From assembly GCA_040954595.2 (NCBI GenBank), contig CM082584.2, positions 6,018,110-6,082,109 on the forward strand: 64,000 bases of DNA, written 5' to 3'. The stretch comes from Balanoglossus misakiensis. Its lineage: Eukaryota > Animalia > Hemichordata. This document shows, in pieces, positions 12,801 through 23,665 of this stretch. Position numbers and translations under genes: made by a program. Every line of letters begins with the position of its first letter. Position 1 is the stretch's first letter. The notes below the pieces were generated by a model, which worked only from the letters and a program-made list of their open reading frames with translations, searched no databases and was not told where the DNA came from.

Positions 12801-15800
12801 TTAATACTGAAACAAAGGAGTGCATTGAAAGTTCATACACAACATGTGACAATGGCACATGGACCGATCCGCTTCCTTTGTGTAAGAGGGCATGCGATGA
12901 CCCTGGTTCCCCTGAAAATGGATTTCAGGTGCAGAATGTCACATATCCTGTCTGCACTTTAACCTTTATCCAGTATGGATGTAATGAGGGCTTTGAACTA
13001 GTTGGTGGAAATACAACACTTTGCCATGATTATGAGTGGATGAGTTTTCAAGAGCCCATTTGCCAACCTACGTGTGAAGACCCAGGTAACCCTGAAAATG
13101 GTCATCAACTCGACCCACCTGAATACCCTTGTAGTGAAAATACTGACGTGTCTTTTATTTGCGACGACGGTTACTCGCTCCATGAACCCGAGACTTATGA
13201 ATGTTTAGACTCATACATAAGTACATGTTTAAATGGTACTTGGACTGAACTGCCTCTATGTCAACTTGAATGTGATGATCCCGGACAACCTGATAATGGG
13301 CACCAGATTGGTAATCCTGCATATCCTGTCTGTTCAGGCACTGGTGTAACATATGTCTGTGATGCTGGACATCAGCTCATTGGTGACCCAACATTGACAT
13401 GTCAAGATGGATCTTGGGATTATCCTGTTCCTGAGTGTATACCAACCTGTGATGATCCTGGTACCCCTGACAATGGATATCAGCAAGGAGATCCTGTCTA
13501 TCCAGTACTTGATGGGACCACAGTATATTTCAGTTGTAATGGAGGTTATTCATTACACGATAGCCAGACTGCTGAGTGCGTTGACAGTGCTAGCACAACA
13601 TGTATCAATGGTGCATGGACAGATCCTATTCCACAGTGTCGACTAGAATGTGATGATCCGGGCAGCCCTAATGATGGCGAACAGGTTGAAGATTTGCAGT
13701 ACCCTGTATGTTCTGGTACCAACGTGACATTCAGCTGCAATCAATATCACACTCTTGTTGGTGAAACAACTTCTATGTGTAAAGAGGGTTTATGGACCAA
13801 CCCTGTCCCCGAATGTGAACCTCAGTGTATTGATCCAGGTACACCAGAAAACGGGTACCAAGAAGACGATTATGTTTACCCAGTAACAAATGGCACAGTC
13901 GTTTCATTTGGTTGTAATGAAGGTTATAGTTTGCACGAACCAGTAACAGAAGATTGTTTGGAATCATATGAAACTATCTGTCACAATCACAATTGGACGA
14001 AACCAGTTCCTCTGTGTTTAGAAAAGTGTGATGACCCGGGCACACCATCAAATGGTACACAGACACCTACGCATGACTACCCGGTATGTTCTGGCACATC
14101 TGTCACCTACGAATGCAGTGACGGGTACTTCCTGTCAGGCGAAGACACACTGATTTGTGAAGAAGGTGCGTGGAACCATCCTGTGCCAACTTGTCAAGCA
14201 GGTTGTGATGACCCAGGTACACCAGACAATGGACAACAATTGGAAAACTACACTTACCCAGTACCTCCTGGTACTATTGTCAGATTCTGTTGTGATGAAA
14301 ACTACCTATTGAAAGGAAACCAAGCCCTGCTATGCCAGGATGACGGTACCTGGGATGATTTATTGCCTGTATGTGAACCGATGTGTTTGGATCCTGGTAC
14401 CCCAGAGAATGGTTATCAGATAGACGTTGTTGAATACCCCGTTGAAACTGGCACTACCATTCATTATGGCTGTGATCTTGGATTTGAAAAACATGGCATA
14501 GGGTACAGCACATGTGATATGGGTGACTGGATACCACCAGTGGATGACACAGTTTGTGCAGGTAGTTTCATTTCGAATGTTTCAACCATTTCTATGATCA
14601 GAATTTATTTTTGACTAAAGGCATATAATATTTAATGGGAAAACGTATGCAGACTTGTCCATCATTTTACAAATGAATATTATAACATGAAAATGTACAT
14701 AGATAAACCCCCTACTCACTTTCGTTTTATTTATCACTAGAAATTGTGGAATGTTGTAGTGATCCGTGCCAGAATGGTGGGATTTGCATCGAAGGTATTG
14801 CACGATATGACTGTGTCTGTTCAGCCGGTTTTGAAGGATTCAACTGCGAACAAGGTAAAATGTCATATACATTGTAATTCCCATATTCATTTCAATCTAT
14901 TGACAAAATGAACTAAAGAAATAATTTTCTAATTGCGATAGTCATTTCATAACGTATTCTAATGTGCAATGTGCCTTATTTCGGAGTTTTTTTTATAGTA
15001 CATTGGCCTTAAGGAATGACATGTTATCGTAGTGAAAGTAACTTTACATTTTAACAAGATCATTTTAATCCACCAATTACCTTAAACAGAGTATTCAGTC
15101 TGCTACGTATGGGGCGATCCACACTATGTAACCTATGATGGAGAAAAATATGACTTCAACGGTGACTGTGTCTACGTTCTGACTGAGAGTGCAACGTATG
15201 AGTTGACGTCATTTAAGGTTTTAGTGAACAATGAAGCCTTTGAAGCAGGAGGTGATCAGTTGAGTGTTACCCAAGAACTTGCATTGATAGTGTATGGCAA
15301 GGTAGGTCAACAATCCTAATGTGTATGAATAACTAGTTGAGTGCACATAGTTGTACGACACAGTGGAACACACACCTATTGATCAAATCTGTTTCTCTCC
15401 CTGCCTTTCCAGGAAATACGACTGAAGAGGGAAAAAGTAGTAACAGTTGATGGTACAGCTGTAACTTTACCACATGAAGTGTCACCAGAAATATGGATCA
15501 AAGAAACAGGAAGCTACATGGTACGGACCTTTCAAATATAAAAATGTGTGATAGAGTTGTTTAGCATCCATGTAGCTGTTTCATTTAAGAAACAACCCCA
15601 GCAAACTTGGAGGTGTTTTGTCTTGCAATACTAGTGTGTAAACATTCAATTTATTTTCCACCATTTCAGAGTGTGTATGTTGACTTTGGCCTGGTACTCA
15701 GATGGGATGGACAACATTATGGTGACGTGAAAGTCCCCGAAACCTACAAAGGCACTCTTCGTGGCCTCTGCGGAAACTATAATGGCGATCCTACAGACGA

Positions 15801-16896
15801 CTTTACGGATCCACAATACAGACTTGTGAGTTAAATCAGAAGGGTTTAGTTTCTGTGTTCAATTTTCATGTTTTATTATTGACTTCCCTATGGTATTGCT
15901 TTGGCTTTAGATTCCAACTGAGATGGAACATCCACACAGGGCAGCCATGTTTGGAAATACATGGGTCGCTAACCCAGAGGAGTGTTTCTCTGATGCCAGT
16001 GGCTGTAGCCCCTGTGCAGATGATGTTGAAAAAGCAATGGAGGCCCATGAACTGTGCACCCTCATCAGTGATCCAAACGGTAGTTTTTCTTTCTTTCTTG
16101 TTTTTGTGTTTGTGTTTGTATGTGGAGAGTGGAATCGTTGACTATGTTTTTGCACGACCAGTTCAAAAGCATCTAATAAGCCTTACTTTTAACATCTGCT
16201 CTCATTTAGGTCCTTTCGCTAAATGTCATGCCAAGGTCAACAACGAAGATTACTTTGGTGCCTGTATGTTTGATCTCTGTGCCAAACTACCAGATGAAAA
16301 CGGTGTATGCATGAATGCTGAGGCATATGCCCAGGCCTGTCTGGATCACTTCATTCCCATCGAGTGGCGAAGCGATGTTTTCTGTCGTAAGTTTGAGAAA
16401 TTACTTTATTTAACAACTATAAAAGGTGATCGGTACACATACACATGACTTGCTGACAAGCAGAAACCTGGGAGTGCTGGGCTGCTATAGGGATGGGCAA
16501 GGAGAAATATTTGATACACAAACCAAAAATACCTACATTGTAAAACATAGCCAGAAGTTACAAATAGAGGTCGTTTGATTAACCAATCATGTTATTGTTG
16601 AGCAAATATCTGTATGGATAAGATATGCTTTCTGTAACACTCTACATGCAGCTGCTGTCGCTTGCGACGTGGATAAAGTTTACAACGTCAGCACGTCAGC
16701 GTGCACGTCAACTTGCAGTAGCCAAACACCATACTACCAGTGCCCGGAGAGACGTCTAGTCGATGGCTGTGTCTGCCCTCAGGGTAAAGTGGTTGGAACG
16801 TACGGAGAGTGTGTAGCTGTTGAGCAATGCCCGTGTGAATATCAAGGCCAGTATGTTGAGGTGAGGATCTGTAAAAGAAAATGTACTATAACATGA

Positions 16897-16930
<34 letters not shown>

Positions 16931-17989
16931 GACCTAAACCCTACACATCACACGCATACGTTTTTATTTTGTTTGACACAAATTAAAGAATCGACCAGTG
17001 ACTCTTAGCTTTAATTAGTGTGACCGTTTGACTCCTCCAGTTCGGCGACCTGATTGTGGCAGAGGGATGCTATGAAGCGTGTACCTGCGTGGAAAATGGT
17101 GTTCTGGATTGTAACGCAATCAGATGTGACCCCAACGCTTTCTGTGGTGAGAAGGATGGAGTGTATGGATGTCACTGCGGGGCAGGATTCATCGGAGACG
17201 GCATTCGCTGTTCAAGTAAGAACCAACTATGGGATTGATATGTTAACGTAGCGTTGTAGTCAGGTTATAGGCAAAGTTGAATCAAAACTGTCCTTTGACA
17301 GCGCTATACATGTACACCGAAACTAACAGACTGTTTATAATTATCTTTTTTAGATTAACGTTTGTTTCCAATAAACACTTACCTGCTAACACAATAGGTT
17401 TTTTGTTTGCCTTCATTGTACTGCCCTGGGATCGAGGAAAGGTCCTTTAACAGCCATTCAATACAGAATTTAAATTTATCACATTTGGTTTGATAAACTA
17501 CAGGCCAGGTGTTATGCGAACCCAACCCATGTGTAAATGGTGTTTGTAGCGAACATGGCGACTACTACTCGTGTGTGTGTCAATCTGGGTTCCAAGGTGT
17601 CCATTGCGATGTTGGTAAGTGGTTGTTCAGTTACTGCCTCTGTGGTGATGTTCAGGCTGCCATGACCCTAACTGTGAAAGATACTGTCATCAGCACCATG
17701 ACAGACAGACAGGCAGGAAGCAGACAGACAGACAGACAGACAGACAGACAGCCAAGACAGACAGACAGACAGACAGCCAAAACAGACAGGCGGACATACA
17801 TACATACATACATACATACATACATACATACATACATACATACATACATACATACATACATACATACATGCATACATACATACATACATACATACATACA
17901 TACATACATACATACATACATACATACATACATACATACATACATACATACAGACAGACAGACAGACAGACAGCCAAAACAGACAGGCG

Positions 17990-18020
<31 letters not shown>

Positions 18021-21000
18021 GAGCAAATTGTTACGCTCACAGTATTACGTACGCTTACCCATTCCGGACACCTACAAGTACCACCACTTATATAGCAGTG
18101 GTTCAAAATGATCCTGTTGAAATTGTCCTGTTTGCTCTTGTTTCTTTCTTTCTTTGACTTGGTAATTAGCTTTCACTTACCTAAGGGCCCGATTTGATAT
18201 CCTATTAGTGGTAGCATGTACTGATTCCAAGTAATAAACAATTGAGCCAAAATGAAAAGGTCTGGATATTGTTCTCAATCAACATGCCATTTTTATCTTC
18301 CTATACAGCAATTGCTTCGTGTGACCAAAGTCCGTGTCATCATGGCGGTGCTTGTATCGAAGAAGGAGATGGATACATTTGCATGTGCGCAGCCGGTTAC
18401 TATGGTGACAATTGTGAACGTAGTGAGTATTGTACATATAGATATTGTAAAACTTTAACAAACGAGTAGTAATGTTTGTGGCATTCATTGTTTGCAGTTG
18501 ACTTCATGGATTTCATAGGGATTTTCTCATACTAAGTCGAAGAAAAAGTAACTGTGCGTACACAGTTAGAAATATGTTTTCAGCGTCTTACATATACCTG
18601 CGTACATGTAAGTGTGTTTTTTGAAACATGTCACGCATAGTCTTATAATAAAAATAAATTGGTACAACTACCCTTTGTAGGAACGACTTGCTATTCCTGT
18701 GTTGAAGCAAGAGACAACGAGCAGTGCAATGCTAACGTCGAGGAGTGCACTTTGGATGAAGTAAGTAGTTTGATCATTCTGTCTATCATGGTGGAGTGAC
18801 TGTGTGACGCTCAGCTGATGAAAATCGGGTCCCTCGACTCCATTGTGAATTTAAAGTGTGATGTCCATAAGGACGATTTTTAATGAGTAATGTATTTCAT
18901 TCCACGTGTAGTTGTTCATAAAATGCTCTCTACCGCAAGATAAATAATCCATTTTTTTCTCTTCTCAGTCGATATGTGAGACAAGGCTTAGTCTTGGGGA
19001 AGGAGGAGATATCTTAGTCAGCAAAGGCTGCGTACACCAGGAGGTAAGTGGTCTCACCATTGCAATGCGACTTTTATCTCAGTGTGACGGATTTCGAACT
19101 TGACAGTATCCAGTAGTGCCGGTCACGGTCACGTATAGCCCTGACCGTATAGCTATGTGAACGGAAAATCTGCAATGTATATTTATTTGGCGCAAAGTAT
19201 CACAGCAGAATTGAGCGATTGTCTCCGGCTTTCAGGCTGAAAGGTTAATAATAGGCAAACACTGCTGGCATCAACAAAATGGTGTGAATTCCAGAGACAA
19301 GCGCCAGGCACCACAAAATGACTTTTTTTCGAATTTTATCAGTTGTTTTTATATATTTTTGTAAACCCTGAGTTTACGTTTATCTTTCATCGGAAACACT
19401 GATTGCTTTTAATCACATTGCGTGTGACCTGGTAAATAGCCTTTGCAAGTTTCAGTTAAATTTCAACAAATATGTATTATATCCATATCTTAATGATAAT
19501 ACAGATATACACTAGGTACGTGTTATAGATATAGACGGTTTGTCTATAGATACAGTCTGTACCTGAGAGATACATGATATAACACCGCGGCGAACATCAG
19601 AGAGTTTGGATCAGTGACATACGAACTTAACCGGAATAGTTAAAATGTGTATTAATGAACTTTTTGAATGCTAGTCCCGGAGACAGTACAATGATAGGAA
19701 TGATGCTGTATTTTGAGGCAATTTGTTGTTTAGAATATTGTTCTGGACATATTCTTTCTCCTATTTAGTTCAATGCAACAGTTAACATCGTGTTATCTCA
19801 TAAAGCGTACGCATACCTAATGCTTAGAGATCCCTGGTAGATTCGGAGTTGGTCGTGTGTTACATATTAGTCGGTATAAGTTGGGATACAGTAGTATAAA
19901 TCGTTCCTGAATGCGCCAATCATGATCACATGGGGGGGGGGGAGAAACAATGTCCTTGACGCTACTCGATGGCGTTGATTTAGTGTTTTAGAGTGAATCC
20001 ATCCATGCACAATGTGCATTATTTTGCAAACAGGCTTGTACTGACGGCGATGGAGGATGCGAAGATGGAATCATCAGTGACGTCTGCAGCTCATGTTGCC
20101 TTGGTGACCAATGTAACACAGCTCTCCCAGATGGTAATGACCACAATTTGTTCATGTTCACGCATTTACACATTAAATGTCTACGCTGTGGAATCTAGGA
20201 AATTTTCGTCGATCTTGAAAGACTTGTCCATTTATTCCCCCATAATATTAAACCATGTACCACTATCATCTGACAGTGTAGAAAAATAGAGCTAACCGTT
20301 TATTAATTTTAGCTTCGTTCAATTATTCCATGTGTGCTATGAAGCAATCTGTGGAAACTGATGCCGATATAACATGCTTACTGATGTCCCTGTCTACGTT
20401 AGCTTAAACTGTGAAAGGATCATGAAAGAAAGAATTCTCTTGTGTCAGTCTCTAGACTAAGACTGGTCCATTGTCTCACATTATTGAACCTGTATAACTT
20501 CTCCCTTTTAGGTTTATGTCTACGCGATGGTGCTTTGTATGTTGATGGGTCAAGCCAGGCTGTTGATATTGATAACAGCTGCCAGCGTTGTAGCTGTGTC
20601 GGTGGAGTCATTGATTGTGTTGACGTCATCGTGCCCACTGTAAGTCCGATTCACCACTTGTGATCTAAACGCAAATTTTCCTATTACAGCTAATTAAGTA
20701 ACTACACCCCATCATGTAGTTGAAATTTAATGCTGCTCAACATTGGTGACTGAAGCTATGTTCAGTTGATGTTTATTTCTTTAACACCAATCCCATAAGG
20801 GTTCTTTTAACTTAGGTAAAATTATTTCAACAGTGAGCGTTTTTATCTCTAAAATGATTAAGTATAGGGTTACTGTTTTATCCAATATGTATAACATTTG
20901 TCTTCGAAGTGAAAATGTTTTAATAACAAAATCTAAGGATTCCCCTGGTGAGGCCGGAGGGGGGGGGGGATTTTGAAGTCGTGATCCCTTTTATGTGATG

Positions 21001-23185
21001 TGCATTCTCAGATGCTTTGTTTTTCCCCGAGTGTAGTATAAAGTTGGTGTTTGGGAGAAAATAAATGCATTTCTCTCATTTTGATTTGCAGTACTACAAC
21101 AATCATTTGCTGTGCATCGAGAACTCCGATTGTAGCGCCACCATAGACGATAAATGCCTACCAACAGACCTGACCTGTGTGGGTGACGCATGCGTCAAAG
21201 TGTGCACAGGCGATAGCGCGAATCAGCGGTCCAGCTCCGGCACGTGTTACGATCACGTGACTGAAGAGGGCAAGGAATGTGCTGTAGTTGACGTGGAAGT
21301 CGACCCAACCGTGAGTACCATACCAATGACCTGTAGACTGGAAAAACCCGTCGAGCGCCCTCGAACGACATATTTTTTCCAGTCTATATTGCCATCAGTT
21401 TCTTATTTGAAGTAATATAAACATTAACACGGGTAATGTGTTTTTATGGGACATTGAAGCATGCTTTTTAGATACATGGTGAAGTTTCCATTTCAAAAGG
21501 TAATAGCTATCCTGATTGACCATTTTTGAAGGATTGGAGTAGTGATCATATTAGTTCTACTTGTAATAGGTGCACACAAAATGACAAGCATGCCATGCAT
21601 GCAAACTAACTACTGGATATACAAGTAATCAGTATCTTCCGTAACTTGTATGTATTCTTATATTTGTCTAGACTGCAAACATACCGAAGATCTGCGAAGA
21701 CTTAACGAACTATATACGAAGCAATGTTCCCACCGTCTCTCAGTGCAGTGTCATTGATTGCATTGACAAGAGCAGCGAGAGAAAGCGACGGGATGCCGAA
21801 GCAAACTTCCGTATTGTCATCGTAAGTATGGAAGAGGTACTTGCTCCACGATGCTTCTGGTGGACAATGTGACATTCCGTGTCAGTACACAATATGTCCA
21901 TCGTGTGTAGAGTGAAAAGTTGTCAGTCACTTGCCATCTGTGAAGCAATATGTAATTTTTAATCATCGGTAGTATTGGCTTTTCTTATAACTGAGCCATA
22001 ACGCCATATCGGCCTTATTCATTATGAAGTAATTTGAATAGTCTGTTTCATTTATTCGAAATCACAGGAGCAGGCGACGGCAAGTGAATTGAACACTGGT
22101 GAGCTATCAGCAAATATCGCTGCATACCTCGAAGAAGCACTTGCGAACGATAATGAAGATGGCTTATTGGCCGAACCACTCTCAAGTATCACACACGTTG
22201 TAGCCGATGGTTAGTATCAGACATAATGTTGTAACAAAAATGTATCGAATCTTCAATACAGCATGGCGAACACAAATGAATACCATATTATCAAAATATT
22301 CTACAAGGAGCACATCTATCACAATTGAATTAGTTGTTTTGAGCGGCTGACAATAGATACTGTTCGTTCTGAATCTCTTTCTGAATTCTTTCTTCCAGAC
22401 GAATTTAATGCTGCGGAATCACAAAGTTCAAGTAAGTCACATAGATTATTTCAAATTAAAATCAGACTCGGTTCAGTGAATATTGAATTATGCTGACGCT
22501 GAATCTTCATATAAACTTATACTTTTGGGTGCTCAGAAAGGTGCATCTTATTCTAGACATTGTCGTGTATAAAATCTGAAACTGATGTATTTCTCAAGTA
22601 TTGGTCAATGACGTCCCTGCGTTTTTATCTACACCATAAACTATTGTTCATAGTTTTTTTCTTTGAATGCGAAGAAACCACTGAAGAGAATTGATTGATT
22701 GAATGAATGAATGATTGATTGATTGATTGAGTGAGTGAGTGAGTGAAAGAATGAATGAATGAATGAATGAATTGATTAATATATTGGCCTTCTTTTATAC
22801 AAACGTTTTGCGTCTTATTTGTTGTTTGTTAATACTTTAAACTAGGTCTATCAGCATACAACATGCATGCAAATATTCCATTCAATGGCGTAACGTAATT
22901 TTCTGTCGTTTTCTAGGTGTGGCATCTTGGCTGCTGCCAACATTGATGGTGGTTATCGCCGTAGCCGCCGTGTGCGTCCTTGGCGTGGTTCTGTATCGTC
23001 GATACAAGAAAAGAACCGCGGACAACGACCAAACCGTTTCCATCTTGGATAACGTTCAATACGAAATGGGGCCGTACAGTCAGGATGCACAGACCACACC
23101 TATGAACCTACCGACTACACGAATTGACCAACCGAAGCGTTATACCGATACGCCGCTGATAACAACAAGCAACCCGGACGTTTGA
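247..23185 (+). CDS. Gene A (5'-truncated): giant multidomain type I membrane glycoprotein, HYR/FN3/EGF - VWD-C8-TIL - 36x CCP - VWD-C8-TIL - EGF - LU - VWC/Jagged-like - TM
   Basis: 33 AG..GT-bounded exons read by hand: 247-483, 1260-1310, 1592-1912, 2576-2812, 2955-3242, 3577-3813, 4191-4399, 5004-5111, 5547-5696, 5905-6025, 6296-6466, 6701-6909, 7237-7414, 7767-14561, 14741-14854, 15090-15301, 15413-15520, 15670-15825, 15911-16079, 16210-16386, 16652-16860, 17041-17215, 17504-17614, 18309-18422, 18681-18760, 18969-19043, 20034-20133, 20512-20639, 21092-21310, 21672-21821, 22068-22209, 22399-22431, 22917-23185. Phases are compatible and every exon has a counterpart in gene B, nearly all of identical length. 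Confidence 0.92.
1455..1574 (+). repeat. 60-bp tandem duplication in intron (2 copies, 1 mismatch)
   Basis: gtttcgccgtaaaattagcgttgttta(c/a)gagtgtggtaagatgccaaaaacacctaacaa x2. Confidence 0.9.
4191..7414 (+). CDS. Gene A first VWD-C8-TIL-TILa/EGF cassette (7 exons)
   Basis: [27 protein letters not shown] (VWD), [23 protein letters not shown] (C8), [18 protein letters not shown]...[10 protein letters not shown] (TIL), [14 protein letters not shown] (EGF-like). Confidence 0.9.
5185..5410. repeat. Compound tetranucleotide microsatellite (CACT/CATC/CAAC/CAAA)n
   Basis: Read directly in the gene A intron. Confidence 0.95.
7767..14561 (+). CDS. Gene A giant 6,795-nt exon encoding 36 tandem CCP/Sushi domains
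   Basis: Acceptor aaacag|aaaaatgt and donor gcag|gtagtt; ORF 7829-14614. Repeated C.DPG.P.NG...YP...G..V.F/Y.C..G/Y.L.G....C..G.W....P.C; 36 units counted. Confidence 0.95.
8369..13340 (+). repeat. Higher-order coding tandem repeat, unit 1,893 bp (631 aa, 10 CCP), ~2.6 copies
   Basis: Near-identical sequence recurs at 1,893-bp spacing, e.g. antisense ORFs at 8523/10416/12309 and sense ORFs at 8661/10554/12447. Ends are approximate. Confidence 0.93.
14741..18422 (+). CDS. Gene A EGF, second VWD-C8-TIL-TILa/EGF cassette, EGF x2
   Basis: [60 protein letters not shown] (C8), TIL, and [14 protein letters not shown] / [12 protein letters not shown]. Confidence 0.9.
16894..16931. repeat. (GAT)n(GGT)n trinucleotide microsatellite
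   Basis: tgatgatgat...ggtggtggt, intronic. Confidence 0.9.
17701..18020. repeat. Compound (ACAG)n-(ACAT)n-(ACAG)n microsatellite
   Basis: Read directly; it explains the spurious TYIH/TDRQ ORFs. Confidence 0.95.
18681..20133 (+). CDS. Gene A Ly6/uPAR (LU, three-finger) domain split over 3 exons
   Basis: [19 protein letters not shown] | SICETRL....VSKGC | ...[11 protein letters not shown] shows the canonical CxxC start, KGC and CCxxxxCN end. Confidence 0.8.
20512..22431 (+). CDS. Gene A VWC-like + Cys-rich + SEA/ferredoxin-like juxtamembrane region (Jagged/Serrate-like) with RKRR site
   Basis: [11 protein letters not shown]...[13 protein letters not shown] (VWC-like), then [19 protein letters not shown]...CAVVDVEV...ICEDLTNYI...RKRR...FRIVI...VVAD. 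The Jagged resemblance is recalled from memory, not computed. Confidence 0.65.
22690..22778. repeat. (GATT/GAAT/GAGT)n microsatellite
   Basis: Read directly. Confidence 0.9.
22917..23185 (+). CDS. Gene A terminal exon: transmembrane helix and cytoplasmic tail
   Basis: [23 protein letters not shown] is followed by the basic stop-transfer RRYKKR; TGA ends at 23185. Confidence 0.9.
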
Positions 23186-23665
23186 ACCCTGGCAGAATAC
23201 TATAACATTTAGTAATATTGACTGATGTGATGACTCTGATTCAAACATGGTGTGCGCGACGACACTCCAAATTACCACGTCGCAAATTCAATGCATACGG
23301 ACACTTCTTCAGTCGGATAAATAATATTTCAGATTCACTTAAATGAAACCATTATATGTTATAGGGTTTACAGTGTTACTGCGAGAAAATCGCCTCAACC
23401 AGAATTACTATTAGGATCTGAGTCTGTTTAAATTTACTTGGGTTAATTTCAATTCAATTCAATTCAATTGTATTTCACTTTCAATTTTTACATCGAATGG
23501 TGAACAATGTACTGATAAAGTGAAAAAAGGAGTTAGGAAAAATAGTGCACTCGCACTAGTCAAGTCAAGTCCAATTGATGGACATATAGAAGTGATTCGT
23601 TAACATGACAGATATATTAAAATTTACAAACATGAAACTGTAACATCTTTAGAAAGTAATCTTTA

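Noticed and set aside
8094-13967. Numerous short antisense and alternative-frame ORFs in the CCP exons (also 47646-54617)
   Set aside because: These are shadows of the main ORF; they recur only because of the 1,893/2,271-bp repeats.
7767-14561. Assigning a gene symbol such as SVEP1, CR1, CSMD, ZAN, FCGBP or JAG1
   Set aside because: Each shares only some modules. The defining domains (vWA/pentraxin, CUB, MAM, DSL/C2) were not seen.
17615-18111. ORFs with [16 protein letters not shown] repeats (also 5197-5436, 30790-31255, 56535-56660)
   Set aside because: These are translations of microsatellites.
23045-23080. ITIM/ITAM in the gene A tail (VQYEMG..YSQD)
   Set aside because: The +3 residues after Tyr are G and D, not L/V/I, so the consensus is not met.
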